Below are positions 11,101 to 19,600 of a DNA stretch of 64,000 bases, piece by piece. The notes under the pieces were generated by a model, which saw only the letters and a program-made list of their open reading frames with translations, did no database searches and was not told where the DNA came from. This stretch comes from Salinispira sp. GTDB taxonomy: Bacteria > Spirochaetota > Spirochaetia > DSM-27196 > Salinispiraceae. Numbering within the stretch: the stretch's first letter is position 1; every line of letters starts with the position of its first letter. The translations under genes were made by a program, and so were the position numbers. The DNA lies in contig OZ271918.1 of assembly GCA_965602015.1 (NCBI GenBank), positions 2,144,001-2,208,000 on the forward strand, in the 5' to 3' direction.

Positions 11101-14100
11101 AAGACCGTCTGCAATGAGAGTCGTATCAATGCCGTTAATGGTAAATGCCGACCCCAGGGCCAGGGGTGTCCAGCTCGAGCCGCCGTCCAGGCTGTACTCC
11201 AGGCTGGCGAGATTCCCCACCCCGTTGTCTTCACTGACCGTGCCGCTTATGCTCATGACTCCATTGCCGTATACCCTGCCCAAATCCGCAGGAAAGTCGT
11301 CAATAAAGGGCACGGGATTTCCAAACGCGATAACCGGACCAACCCGGTCGAGACTCACGTCTTTCTCGAGAGAAACGGTTTTTCCCGCGGCATCCACCGC
11401 CGTAAAACGGAATGTGTACACACCGTCGAGATCGCCGCCTACCAGAGTCCGGTTGTACGTCCAGGTTCCCGGTCCGGCATTCCAGACTGCGTTAACCGGC
11501 GCCCCGTATGCCCCGGCGCCGTAGCGCTCTTCCACGGTGATTTCGCCAATCGCATTGCTGTCTGATGCGGTACCGCTAAAAGAGAAGTCTGCATTTTCAT
11601 ACGCCGTTGAAACGCCTCCGGTAATGGCGATCAACGGGTTGTTCTGGTCTATTCCATAATTCACCGTGGTCATGGGAGATTCGTTGCCCGCGTTGTCCAC
11701 AGCGACGACAAAAATACTTCGCTCCCCTTCACCGGTGATGGAGAAACTTCCGTTCCAGCTTCCGCTTCCACTGGCTATATTCCAGCTGGGGTCGCTGAGG
11801 TCTGCCGGAGGAGTGGCGCCGCGGGTATCTACCTGGTAGTACACCCGGCTTATTCCCGCAGAGCCGACATCCGAAGCGGTCCCCGAGGCCGAAAAGGATG
11901 CGCCTGAGAGCCACTGGTCCACCGTGGGCGAGCTGACCACCGGTGCGTTCGGCGCGCTTTGGTCCACCACAACCGTCTTAAGAATTGAGGTCTGCCGGCC
12001 AACCACGTCTCTGATGACTATTTCGTACACGTAGGAACCCTGACCGGCGCTGATGTCCGTATCCACATTCCACGTCCGTGCGGTATCGCCAAGGGAACCG
12101 TTGAGGGTAACCGTCAGGGGAACCGCTGCTCCGCCGTCTTTCGACTGGCGGACTATGACGGTATTTACCCCATTTGTGTCGTTCGCCGTGCCCGAGATGG
12201 TAAAATCTGCCGCCTTGTAGAGGATGGTGTCGCCCCAATCGGCGCCGGCCTCCTCCCTGAGATTGGAAACGAATGGAGCGGCCTGATCGACAACGAACAC
12301 CCTATTGGCGAAGTCGTCGCTTGTATCGCCGTTATCGTTGGCCACAGTGATGTTTCCCGCCCTGTCTTGAGCCCGCACCCATATGCGATGGGCGCCTTCG
12401 GACAGACCGGTGTCGGCCCCGGTGCCGTCGGTATCCAGGTCCAGGGAAATATTCCAGTTGCCGGCGGTGCCGGAAACGTTGACCCAGCTGTCGTTGGCGT
12501 CGTTGCCGTCGTCGGTGAAATCCAGCGAGTACTGTACGGTTCCCCCCGAGGGAGCGGCAATGCCGCTACCCGCGTCAGATGCGGTACCTAGAATTGCGGC
12601 CAGATTGCCCGACAGATAATCGCCGGGGTCATTTATCGTTACGGATTCCGGCGCTTGTTCGTCTATTTCCACGGCGCGGATGAGCTCGGTGCTTCGCCCC
12701 GCCACATCGGTGGCGGTGATGGTGAAGACCCAGCTGCCGTCCTCGCTGCCGTCCCCCGGCAGGGTTTTTGTATATGAGTAGGCGCCAGGAGAGGCGTTGG
12801 TGTAGACCGTTCCCTGATCCGCGCCGTCCGTGGTTGCGGTAATCACCACATCATTAAATCCGTTGGTGTCATTGGCGGTACCTGAGATTACCAGATCGCT
12901 GTTGGTAGCGGCCACTGCCGTCGTCTCGGTGAGGCTGGGCGGAGCGGTATCAAAATAAATATTTACGGCTTTTTCAGAGGCCGGCCCGTAGGGATTGATT
13001 CCGTCGGAGGCCCGGACATACAGGGTCTTCGCCCCTTCGCCGCCCGGTGAGAAGTCGATGTTTGCGGCGCTCCAGTTCAGTCCGCTCAATGGTATCGCCG
13101 TGTAGTTGGTACCGTCCAGACTGTACTCGAGAGATACCACGCCGCGCCCCGAGTTATCGGTTACCTGACCGCGGATGGTGTAATTTGCGCCGTCGATGAA
13201 CTCGTTTTCCACGGGACTGATGACGGTCAGGTCCGGATCTGCGGTATCAATGATAATATTCCGGATGAGCTCTCTCGTCCGTCCCACTTCATCAGTGGCG
13301 GTGATGGTCACTTCATAGGCGCCGTCGCCGCCGGCAGTGGTAAGGGTCGTCGCCCAGGAACCGTCGTCGGTGGTGTCGTTAAGCAGTTGAACCGCAGGCC
13401 CGGCGTCTTTGGAATATTCCACTACTACTGAGGCAAGGGCATTGCTGTCTGCGGCCGATCCGCCGAGGTTCACCGTGGTATTTCTGTAGACCACCGAACT
13501 GCCGGGAATACCCGAGCTGGTTTCGCTCAAGCTGGGAGCGTTCTGATCAATATCAAACATTACGCTGGCCGCAGAAGCGAAGGGCGTGAGATTTCCCGCC
13601 GAATCCTCGGCAATGACGTGGAGGTACCATCGGCCTTCTGCCCGACCTGTGTCGGCGGCGGGTCCGTCAGTATCGAAGTCGTCGGTAAAACTCCAGTTGC
13701 CGCTGGTAGCCACCGGGACGTAATCGCCGATGTTCGTGGACGCCGCGGGATTTTGGCTCACTTCATACAGTATGCGGCCGATGCCCGAAGCCGCATCGCT
13801 TGCGGTTCCGGCAAAAGGGAATGCCGAGCCGCCAAGGGCGCTTAGTCCGGTCTGTCCGGCTGCGGGATTGCTTATTGTGACTGAAGCAGGCGCAGTAGTA
13901 TCAACGAGCACGGTTCTGGTTTCCGAACCCTGGCCTCCCACGCTGTCGGTCATTTCTATGGTAAAAACATAGGTTCCTTCTCCGGCGGAAAAATCCGTGC
14001 TTGCCGTCCAGCTTCGCGCCGGATCTCCGGGGCTCCCCATAAGGGTAATGGCCACAGGAGTTTGGGGTCCGCCGTCCTTCGATTGGCTGATTACCACGGA

Positions 14101-16632
14101 TTCCACGCCATTGGCGTCATTGACGTCCCCGGCGAATCCAAAATCCGTGCGTTTTGCCAGGGTGAGAGTCCCCCAAGGGGCTCCCAACTCTTCAGTGAGA
14201 CCCGAAAGGCTCGGTGGTCCCAGGTCGAGAGTAAAGAGATACGGGCCGACCGGCAGACTCGAAACGCCGTAAATATCGTCAACCCGAAGCTCGATTGAAT
14301 AGATCTTTTGATCGGTGATGCCGGTATCGTGACGGAAACTCACCTGACCACCGTCGGATACCGGGGGACCGGTGAGGGCCTGCCACACCCCGGTTTCGCC
14401 GGAATCGTCGGTGTCGCCGTCATTATTATTATCTTGATTAATGCGCACTTCCAAGGTGCTCACATCCACCGAATCGTCGTCGCGGATTTCTCCGAAAATG
14501 TCTTCTCCCAGGGAAAGGGCGTTTACCGGAACGCTGCCATCGGTAATCAGGTTGGTGAAGCTAAACACCGGAAAATCGGAACTTTGGTCGATGGAAAAAT
14601 GCCTGACTACAGGGTCGCTGATATTTTGAGCCGCATCGCGGCTGTAATATACCAGAGTGTAATCGCCTTCGGTGTCCGGAAGATTGAGGCGGGAATCGCT
14701 TTCGGTATCCACGGCGGTGACCTGCCAGTTCACACTGGAGCCGCCGTCGGGGTTGAACCAGCCGGCTGCCGCCAGGTCGCCGGCATCAAACGATGCCGGT
14801 GGATCGGTTTCCGGGTCGCCGATTGCAAAGCTTCCTGAGAGTATTTTGAGGTAGTTGTTTTCCAGGGGATTTGATCCGTCGGTGGCAAGGCCGTTGAAGT
14901 TCACCGTACCATTAAGCACCGCCCCTTCGGACGGAACGGTTATGCTCGCCGTGGGCTGTTGGGTATCGCCGACAAACTGGAATATGGTAAACCCGTAGGC
15001 GTCGGTAATTCCGCTGCGTATCCTGAAACTCTGGGTGCCGTCAGCCAAAACAAAATCGGTTCCGGGAATAAGCTCAATGCCGTACAGTGCGTCGTCGGTC
15101 AGTGGATTGCCGTCGTAATCGAGCTGAAGCAGGCCGTTAACTCCGTCGCTCGTGGCGCTCAGGTCGAATTGCCTGTCGGCGACGCCGTCATCGTCGTCGT
15201 CCCAGTCGTTATCCGCATCGAGGTCGAGGTCTATGCTGCCGCCTTTGAGATTCGTCAGGTGAAGCTGCAGGCGGACCGAAGTACCGGGACCTATGAACGA
15301 TCCCTGTGACGGCGAGACAATTTCCACGCTCGGAATGCCCTCGGGTATGGAGAAGGTGACGTTCGCGCTGGCATCCGAGCTCGCGCTGACCCCGTTGAGA
15401 TCAACCGCAGTGAGCCTGAGGTAGTATTGCTTTCCCGTTTCCAGGGTCGATGCGGTGTACGACCATTGGTTGCCGTTCACCTGGATGCCGTAGGACACCC
15501 TCTTTGCGGTTCCGCCGGATCCGTTGCTGGGGAGCAGAACCCGGTCATCCGGGCTCCCGTCGGGATTGCCGTCGGCATCGAGGCCGTCGTTGTAGCTGAA
15601 CACCCCCTGGTACTCAAATACTTCGAGAAAGAGGTAGGGGTCGATATCCCAGTCGCTTGAGAAAAAACCGTCGTCGTCGAACACGTTTCCGATAAATACC
15701 TGCTGGGCGGCGGTAAAAGAGGCGGGTTCTCCCTCATTGGGGCTGATAAAATCGAATTGGGGAAGATCGGAATTCGGATCGACCCGGATAATCAGGGGAT
15801 TCTGATTAAGACTGTGGCGTATGCTGGCCAGGCTCACGCTGAGCCTTGAAGAAATATCTGCAGCGCCTAGGTCAGCGTCGTTTACATCGACGATGCTCGG
15901 CACGTCCGCAGGATTGACCGCATTACTCAGGAGATCGAAAAAATGGTAGAAATGGCTGTTCACATTGCCCGAGGGGTCGGCAGCGCTGACCACCAGCCGG
16001 TAATCCGCAACCGGAAGCCCGGACACATCGAGGCTGGCGGACCAGCTTGTCCGTCCTGTTGCCAGAATGTTGCTAAGACTGCCGTCCCCTGAGGGGTCTT
16101 GTCCTGACGCCGTGAGAAGCGACACCCGAACGCTTTGAACCCTGGTTGTATCCAGGGCTTCACCGGAAATAAACAGGGTATTATTGAACTCGCTGCTGAG
16201 ATAATTGCTCGGTGAGTTCACCAGTACCGTCGGGGGATTATTGTCGACGGTAAGCAGGACTCTAAGGTTTGTTCTCTTGGCGGAGGAATCGGTGGCGCTG
16301 ATGGTGAATTCATGGTCTCCATCGCTCAAGGTGGTGGTGTTTATCCAGGCGGACCAGGCATCCCCGTCAAGTTCGGCGTTGACAGTCCTGCCGTTCACTT
16401 CCACCTGCACCGAACTTACCGAGGTATCGTCTTCGATTACCCCGGCAAGGCGCAGCTGACCGCCCACATAGTCGCCGTTTCGATGACTCTCGAGAACGAC
16501 CGTTGGAGCGTTGATATCTACTGCTTCGCCCAATCCGGGTTGGAAAATATCGCAGGTGCTCAGTCCCAGAATGAGGATAAACGTCGCAGCCGCCTTGAAT
16601 CCGATGCGTGTATTATTTTTACTTGTACCCAT
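5179..16632 (-). CDS. Giant (3817 aa) acidic Ig-like repeat lipoprotein with a C-terminal propeller-like domain; putative surface adhesin or filament
   Basis: ATG 16632 with GGGGGAGAG RBS; spirochaetal lipobox LGLST-C at Cys27. About 30 repeats (estimated) of D..aP.i.i.sP..g....G.a.D..gv..v...W......dG.y...v.A.D.aGN. EF-hand loops. The C-terminal ~390 aa has repeated beta-blade-like motifs. Confidence 0.9.
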   Translation of the reverse strand: MGTSKNNTRIGFKAAATFILILGLSTCDIFQPGLGEAVDINAPTVVLESHRNGDYVGGQLRLAGVIEDDTSVSSVQVEVNGRTVNAELDGDAWSAWINTTTLSDGDHEFTISATDSSAKRTNLRVLLTVDNNPPTVLVNSPSNYLSSEFNNTLFISGEALDTTRVQSVRVSLLTASGQDPSGDGSLSNILATGRTSWSASLDVSGLPVADYRLVVSAADPSGNVNSHFYHFFDLLSNAVNPADVPSIVDVNDADLGAADISSRLSVSLASIRHSLNQNPLIIRVDPNSDLPQFDFISPNEGEPASFTAAQQVFIGNVFDDDGFFSSDWDIDPYLFLEVFEYQGVFSYNDGLDADGNPDGSPDDRVLLPSNGSGGTAKRVSYGIQVNGNQWSYTASTLETGKQYYLRLTAVDLNGVSASSDASANVTFSIPEGIPSVEIVSPSQGSFIGPGTSVRLQLHLTNLKGGSIDLDLDADNDWDDDDDGVADRQFDLSATSDGVNGLLQLDYDGNPLTDDALYGIELIPGTDFVLADGTQSFRIRSGITDAYGFTIFQFVGDTQQPTASITVPSEGAVLNGTVNFNGLATDGSNPLENNYLKILSGSFAIGDPETDPPASFDAGDLAAAGWFNPDGGSSVNWQVTAVDTESDSRLNLPDTEGDYTLVYYSRDAAQNISDPVVRHFSIDQSSDFPVFSFTNLITDGSVPVNALSLGEDIFGEIRDDDSVDVSTLEVRINQDNNNDGDTDDSGETGVWQALTGPPVSDGGQVSFRHDTGITDQKIYSIELRVDDIYGVSSLPVGPYLFTLDLGPPSLSGLTEELGAPWGTLTLAKRTDFGFAGDVNDANGVESVVISQSKDGGPQTPVAITLMGSPGDPARSWTASTDFSAGEGTYVFTIEMTDSVGGQGSETRTVLVDTTAPASVTISNPAAGQTGLSALGGSAFPFAGTASDAASGIGRILYEVSQNPAASTNIGDYVPVATSGNWSFTDDFDTDGPAADTGRAEGRWYLHVIAEDSAGNLTPFASAASVMFDIDQNAPSLSETSSGIPGSSVVYRNTTVNLGGSAADSNALASVVVEYSKDAGPAVQLLNDTTDDGSWATTLTTAGGDGAYEVTITATDEVGRTRELIRNIIIDTADPDLTVISPVENEFIDGANYTIRGQVTDNSGRGVVSLEYSLDGTNYTAIPLSGLNWSAANIDFSPGGEGAKTLYVRASDGINPYGPASEKAVNIYFDTAPPSLTETTAVAATNSDLVISGTANDTNGFNDVVITATTDGADQGTVYTNASPGAYSYTKTLPGDGSEDGSWVFTITATDVAGRSTELIRAVEIDEQAPESVTINDPGDYLSGNLAAILGTASDAGSGIAAPSGGTVQYSLDFTDDGNDANDSWVNVSGTAGNWNISLDLDTDGTGADTGLSEGAHRIWVRAQDRAGNITVANDNGDTSDDFANRVFVVDQAAPFVSNLREEAGADWGDTILYKAADFTISGTANDTNGVNTVIVRQSKDGGAAVPLTVTLNGSLGDTARTWNVDTDISAGQGSYVYEIVIRDVVGRQTSILKTVVVDQSAPNAPVVSSPTVDQWLSGASFSASGTASDVGSAGISRVYYQVDTRGATPPADLSDPSWNIASGSGSWNGSFSITGEGERSIFVVAVDNAGNESPMTTVNYGIDQNNPLIAITGGVSTAYENADFSFSGTASDSNAIGEITVEERYGAGAYGAPVNAVWNAGPGTWTYNRTLVGGDLDGVYTFRFTAVDAAGKTVSLEKDVSLDRVGPVIAFGNPVPFIDDFPADLGRVYGNGVMSISGTVSEDNGVGNLASLEYSLDGGSSWTPLALGSAFTINGIDTTLIADGLDLTVRVRSGDRNGNSASQDYVIRIDQDSDKPVVSISAPGAGDTIASQTINVSGSISDDDGVGLDPDSVQYRFSSDGGSTWTAWTNVSTSGSITDRSFSFTINSATDGNKAIEIRGEDVNAAPVLSDVASVSFTQDTGAPDLTGLLPAAFSYQSGDFAVSATATDSNGVENVAVRILRDGTQIQPFTNLTDSGVQISGIAGDSPRTINFTVDTSSGGGLYQIILRSEDSGGNTREDSVQLYVDKTAPGLAFTSPTPGSTRNNTISISGTTSDNYGVANLDFRIVDVNNFNSEEVLPTGVLGGISNWTISAFDTRNTTLLNYANDLGGGLYELTLRALVTDQAGNVYSTAGGNDLVFRIDQSEDRPQVMLDDIAFDGSSSITSSTITGTVTDDDGVSAILIDAYAVDNSIAAQTVNLVSGSYGDTSIDFSVTLSSNENGLRGIRIRAVDTVDNNGADYGVNDFSRTDTGEIDFLLDTQLPDLDITSPVANITWSSDDSFDFAGTSADETGIVLLEYKFDDSDLDSGAVSIGAPYDNWSFSVAQAALADGPHTLYVRATDGVGKTRVSSRSFVVDKSAPTINVTSPANGSAVFGPLTIGGTTSDNAGGAGVASVSIGLGKQIDPTNAATLEASTWINTGGTTSWNYSFLNINDYANSTFSTNTGDLDGDGNVDAGETWTDLWDFTFYVRAEDSAGVSGDGNISYLTSYQLQIDPKRDRPEVTILSPGDGSTVGGFVRVFGSAFDSQFVEKIQIAIDANNNGIYTDDVWAEGTLDETDGGVNWYQVNGTNSWNINLNESGEFDPSVGSTRTITFKVRAKDYKETPGDGIFGAEEEVSITFNKDFPQFADINLISGDTVSGTYGLSGLVRDETDIDRIIYSNEGPLLNNTIIFDNPGGLLPVGGANVTGLETPAAAGLGITVELLGTADPDYDPAFPGSYRIGVPINTEAAGLYPNGAGSMSVKITAEDTTSPSPFTNQNLISFSVDNIDPSSLTYTGDTEILGTAAEVQGTVRDTGTVAGIDRIVLFMENRIGELVRLKGGTGSIGAFVAEDVYDLSNAIYNDYRIVIDNSLEGGAVGDDSLPSGDNDGFDERLALSAGTYQWSALFDSTLVSDGAVTLRYRAVDLAGNMAEDSTAAFIANNKPSINSLVLGTDLDGSGTVEVDEQNSIISAGYAASNFTARNDRLYIGVNASGGNGTLRYSVIYNTVEQNGTLTDGTIEIDTSGFTESAADNDQSITITIYDSTTSDDADATDELSDSLTLGFTVDNVDSTPPSIAVADFGFRYSESNNDASKTLDAVGDYNENIAMSGQTRLGHVEYGSDSQYDGADPDVSGRIIIRGKVEDNQIIDRIEAAIPGYDPGTGLGNPFDVYSAAGGALNTADWTFSVDGANYLTESNGNVLNWAFEWDSSSIASIAQSNVTVSFTVYDANGVPNSDSDAITVDIVPYISQLLRNPGSFNTNRTKYGRYPVQQGEAGVEIHGFNLLKAVPADPVNDPNEWVRVYNAAGSADDRTTITSADADGGRIVVSLSGVTHSGILRVNVNGIEAINHINDNSLDYNKEDDGNGIASTLWTDDRYLFVWETGDSLANSNDPEHPSLHVDSTGTLYGSWVNYATSQAYYGTTAARTLIHNKFDPPEFTDIYLDAADNIQVAYLGNYFNGGTQWGFLTVYNPDADAEGDLGGYNGYYVDWLGHDNLLFQFQNPRVVREGNDIHVAYFDNNEKTLKYGYIPNGRSNQTWDDDGGPLMPDGSGAGLVQLNLDGGNAGAGQGGIAPTSLAGQYVAVDVDEFGNPVIMYYDIFNQTLRLAYANTTNPTAYADWTIQTVFRNDDPNRSFSGQYVSMKIDPSGAVHAAFYRTSTGDLVYITAPDADGVDYVFDYSQTVDSEGAVGTWIDLDLEGTTPHISYINNAMVGTFDGLKYAYQDGGLGDWEYEMVPLATTIQNKRTGIVRFSAAAWGETAIGYGSNNFDLVYRKGEEP

Positions 16633-16651
16633 AGTTCTCTCCCCCCTTGAA

Positions 16652-19600
16652 TCAGAAAACATTTATTCTCAACCCAAAGGCCATGCGGTAGGCCAATCCT
16701 CCCTGTACGTCGGAAGAAATGAACCACAGCTGGTTTTCCACATACGCGGCATATGCGTTAAACATGCCGGCATTTTGTAATTCGATTTTTAGTAATTCCA
16801 ATTGAAGAATAATGGCCCCCAGCACCAGTCCCGGCTGGTCGGGCGTCGGGGAGTTTTCCATGGTGAAATACTCAAAGGCCGCGCCGACGGCAATGCTTGA
16901 GGACAGGAAATCCCAATCGGGGCCGAACAGGAATCCGTACGGCAGACTGAACACATTGGCCAGCATCTTGAAACCAAGGACATTACCGTTGAATCTCCCG
17001 GGAGGCGCCTGGCCGAACAGTGCTTGAAGCTTGACGTTGTTGTCAAAAAAGGTAAGTCCGAGGCCGACTTCCCATATGGTCGCTCCGAGTACGTGAGCAT
17101 CGACGTACAGTCCCTGAATGAACTGGGGCACCTCATAGCTGTTTTTGCTCCGGGGACGCAGCATCACGGAAATATCAGAGAGCCCGTTCGAATCCGAGGC
17201 GGTTCCGCTGACCATCAGTTCTCCGTTGAAGGCAAGGCCTTCCTCCGGGTCGAGGATGGTTACAGCAGGATTGGTATCGTCGACGAAGACGTATACCGTA
17301 TCCTGGGCTGTCTCGCCGTTGGCGAATCGGGCCCTTACCAGAATGCTGAGCTGTCCGTCGTTTATTTCCTGTGTCTCGAGCCTGAAGCGCCACTGCTCTT
17401 CGGCGCGGATTTCCCGAAACACCAGGCCGTTGTCCAGGCTGTATTCCAGAGCTTCCAAGGCAAAGGGCCGAAGCTCAGCCCTGCTGAGCTCCCCGTCGCC
17501 GTCGGAATCCGCCTGGGATACCGACAGGTTGTACCCCGCACTCCCCTCAATCCAGGGGCGCTGACTGGCAAACTGCCCGGTGCGAATTGAACTCATCATC
17601 ACCCAGGGACCGGATTCCGCATAATCAACCCGTATCTCACGGGATATGCGCCTCTCGGAGCCCGGAAGATCGATCGCCACTGAAAAGCGCTGATCTCCCT
17701 CGGGAATATCTCCCGATGCTAATTGATGACGAAAGTAGCCCTGTTCATCGGTCTCGCTGACCGCGAAGGCAGAGCCGTTTCGGTAAAGACTGACGGTCTC
17801 GGGAATGCGGTCGCCCTCAACCCGGCCTTCCAGGTAAAAGGGGCCGCGGATTTCCGCGCCGTCCAGGGGATAGAGGATTTTTGGTATTGATTGGTCCACG
17901 CTCACCCGGCGGATAAAGTCCCGGGACACTATGGTCTCGTTGTTCGCATCGTCGTAAACATACAGGGTGAGGTTATACAGTCCTGGGTCCAAAGAGGTAA
18001 TATCGAGCTGCTCTATAACCACCGGTTGCGGGACAAGGCTTCCCTCCAGACCAGTCGACTCCCCGTCTCCTTCCTCATCCAGCAGACTGATCTGATATTG
18101 AACCCGGCTGACCGACAGTTCATCAGACAGGCGCATCTGCAGGGGAAGCTCCTCGGTAAAGTCTTCACCGTCACGGGGCAGACTGACCTCGACAAACGGC
18201 GAGGTATTATCGACTGTGAGAAGGCTGGTTGCCACGGACTCGACACCGTAACCGTCTACGGCGCGGATGAGCACCATGTAGGTTCCGTCCACCAGAACCT
18301 GCGAATCAAGTGCATACACCCACGAACGCTCAGCCTCAGGTACGGAGGGGTCCTCAGGGGGGGTAATTTCAGCGAAATCCTCAACCTCCCCCTCATCGCC
18401 GATATTCTGGGCATCGTCGCCGACGACGGGCAGCAGGCTGGCCTCCTTGTAGCTCAAGCCGTTGTTGAAGGAGACCAGAATCCGTGAGATTCCGTTTTCG
18501 TCGGTGGCCCGACCCTCGAGGGTTATTTCAGCCCTGTTGGTGCTTCCCAACACCGGCGAGGTGAGCTCGGCATCGGGGTTCTGCCGGGAAACCCTGAACG
18601 GGATTCGCACGGGATCGCTGGGAACCCCCTGAAGATCATACGCGGTAATTTCCATCAGGTGCTCATTGTCCGCCAGATCAGCGAAAGGAACCGTAAGCTC
18701 GAAGCTGTTGCCACCGTCGAGATCCCGGGGCTCGCCGCCGTCCAGGCTCCAGCTTATGCGTGATATGCCGTCGTCATCGAGTACGGTTCCGCTGAAAACA
18801 GCGTCACCGGTTATCAGGGCGTTGGGAACCGGCAACTGGACCTGAACCCGCGGTTTATCGGATTCGGGATCGAAGGCTATGGCGGGTCTAATCTCGCCCT
18901 CGTTATTCGCCTCATCGAGCATGCTGAGGACAAAATTATCCGGCAGCTCCGAAAAGGGTGAAAAATCCGCATCGAGCCGTAGGAAGCCGTTATCCGCCTG
19001 GAGGTTTGTTATTCCGTCCCCCAGGGCGAAGCTGCCGACTATATCCCTGGCGTAATTATCGTCGACGCGGAACATGAGACTTATGGCCCCGTTTATGGCC
19101 TCTCCGGCTTCCGGCAGGATGGGGGTAATCACCGGCGCGCTGGCGTCACGGAAAACAAGAACATCCCGGGTGCTGCTGTTGCCCGATGCATCCCGGGCCC
19201 TGAGGGTGATGGTTAGGGGACCGTCGGGACGGGCGCCGATGGGAATACGGCCGCTAAAATTGCCATCGGTCGGCGGACTGATACCGGCGCTTTCCCCGGC
19301 TTCCGGCCGGTCTTGCGCATCGTCGCCGTCGCCATCGTCAGCATCCGTCTCACCTTCTGCAGTCTCGCCCGAAGCATCAAAGGGGAAGGCCGACCAGTTG
19401 CCGTCATCGAGGCGGTACTCGAGAACCGTCTCGTCTTCATCCGTCAAACTGACCCGGATGGGAACTTCCGAGCTGAAGTGCTCTCCGGCCACATCCGAGA
19501 CGATGCGTAGTTCCGGCGGACTCACATCGGCGCTGTACTGAGCAGGTCCGATCCTGTAGACATCTCCGTCGATGGTCGTTGACGTTATGGTTAAAGGACC

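Noticed and set aside
5179..16632. RTX/T1SS adhesin or T9SS cargo call for the giant protein
   Set aside because: It has an N-terminal lipoprotein signal, no GGxGxD nonapeptide run and no recognisable C-terminal secretion signal.
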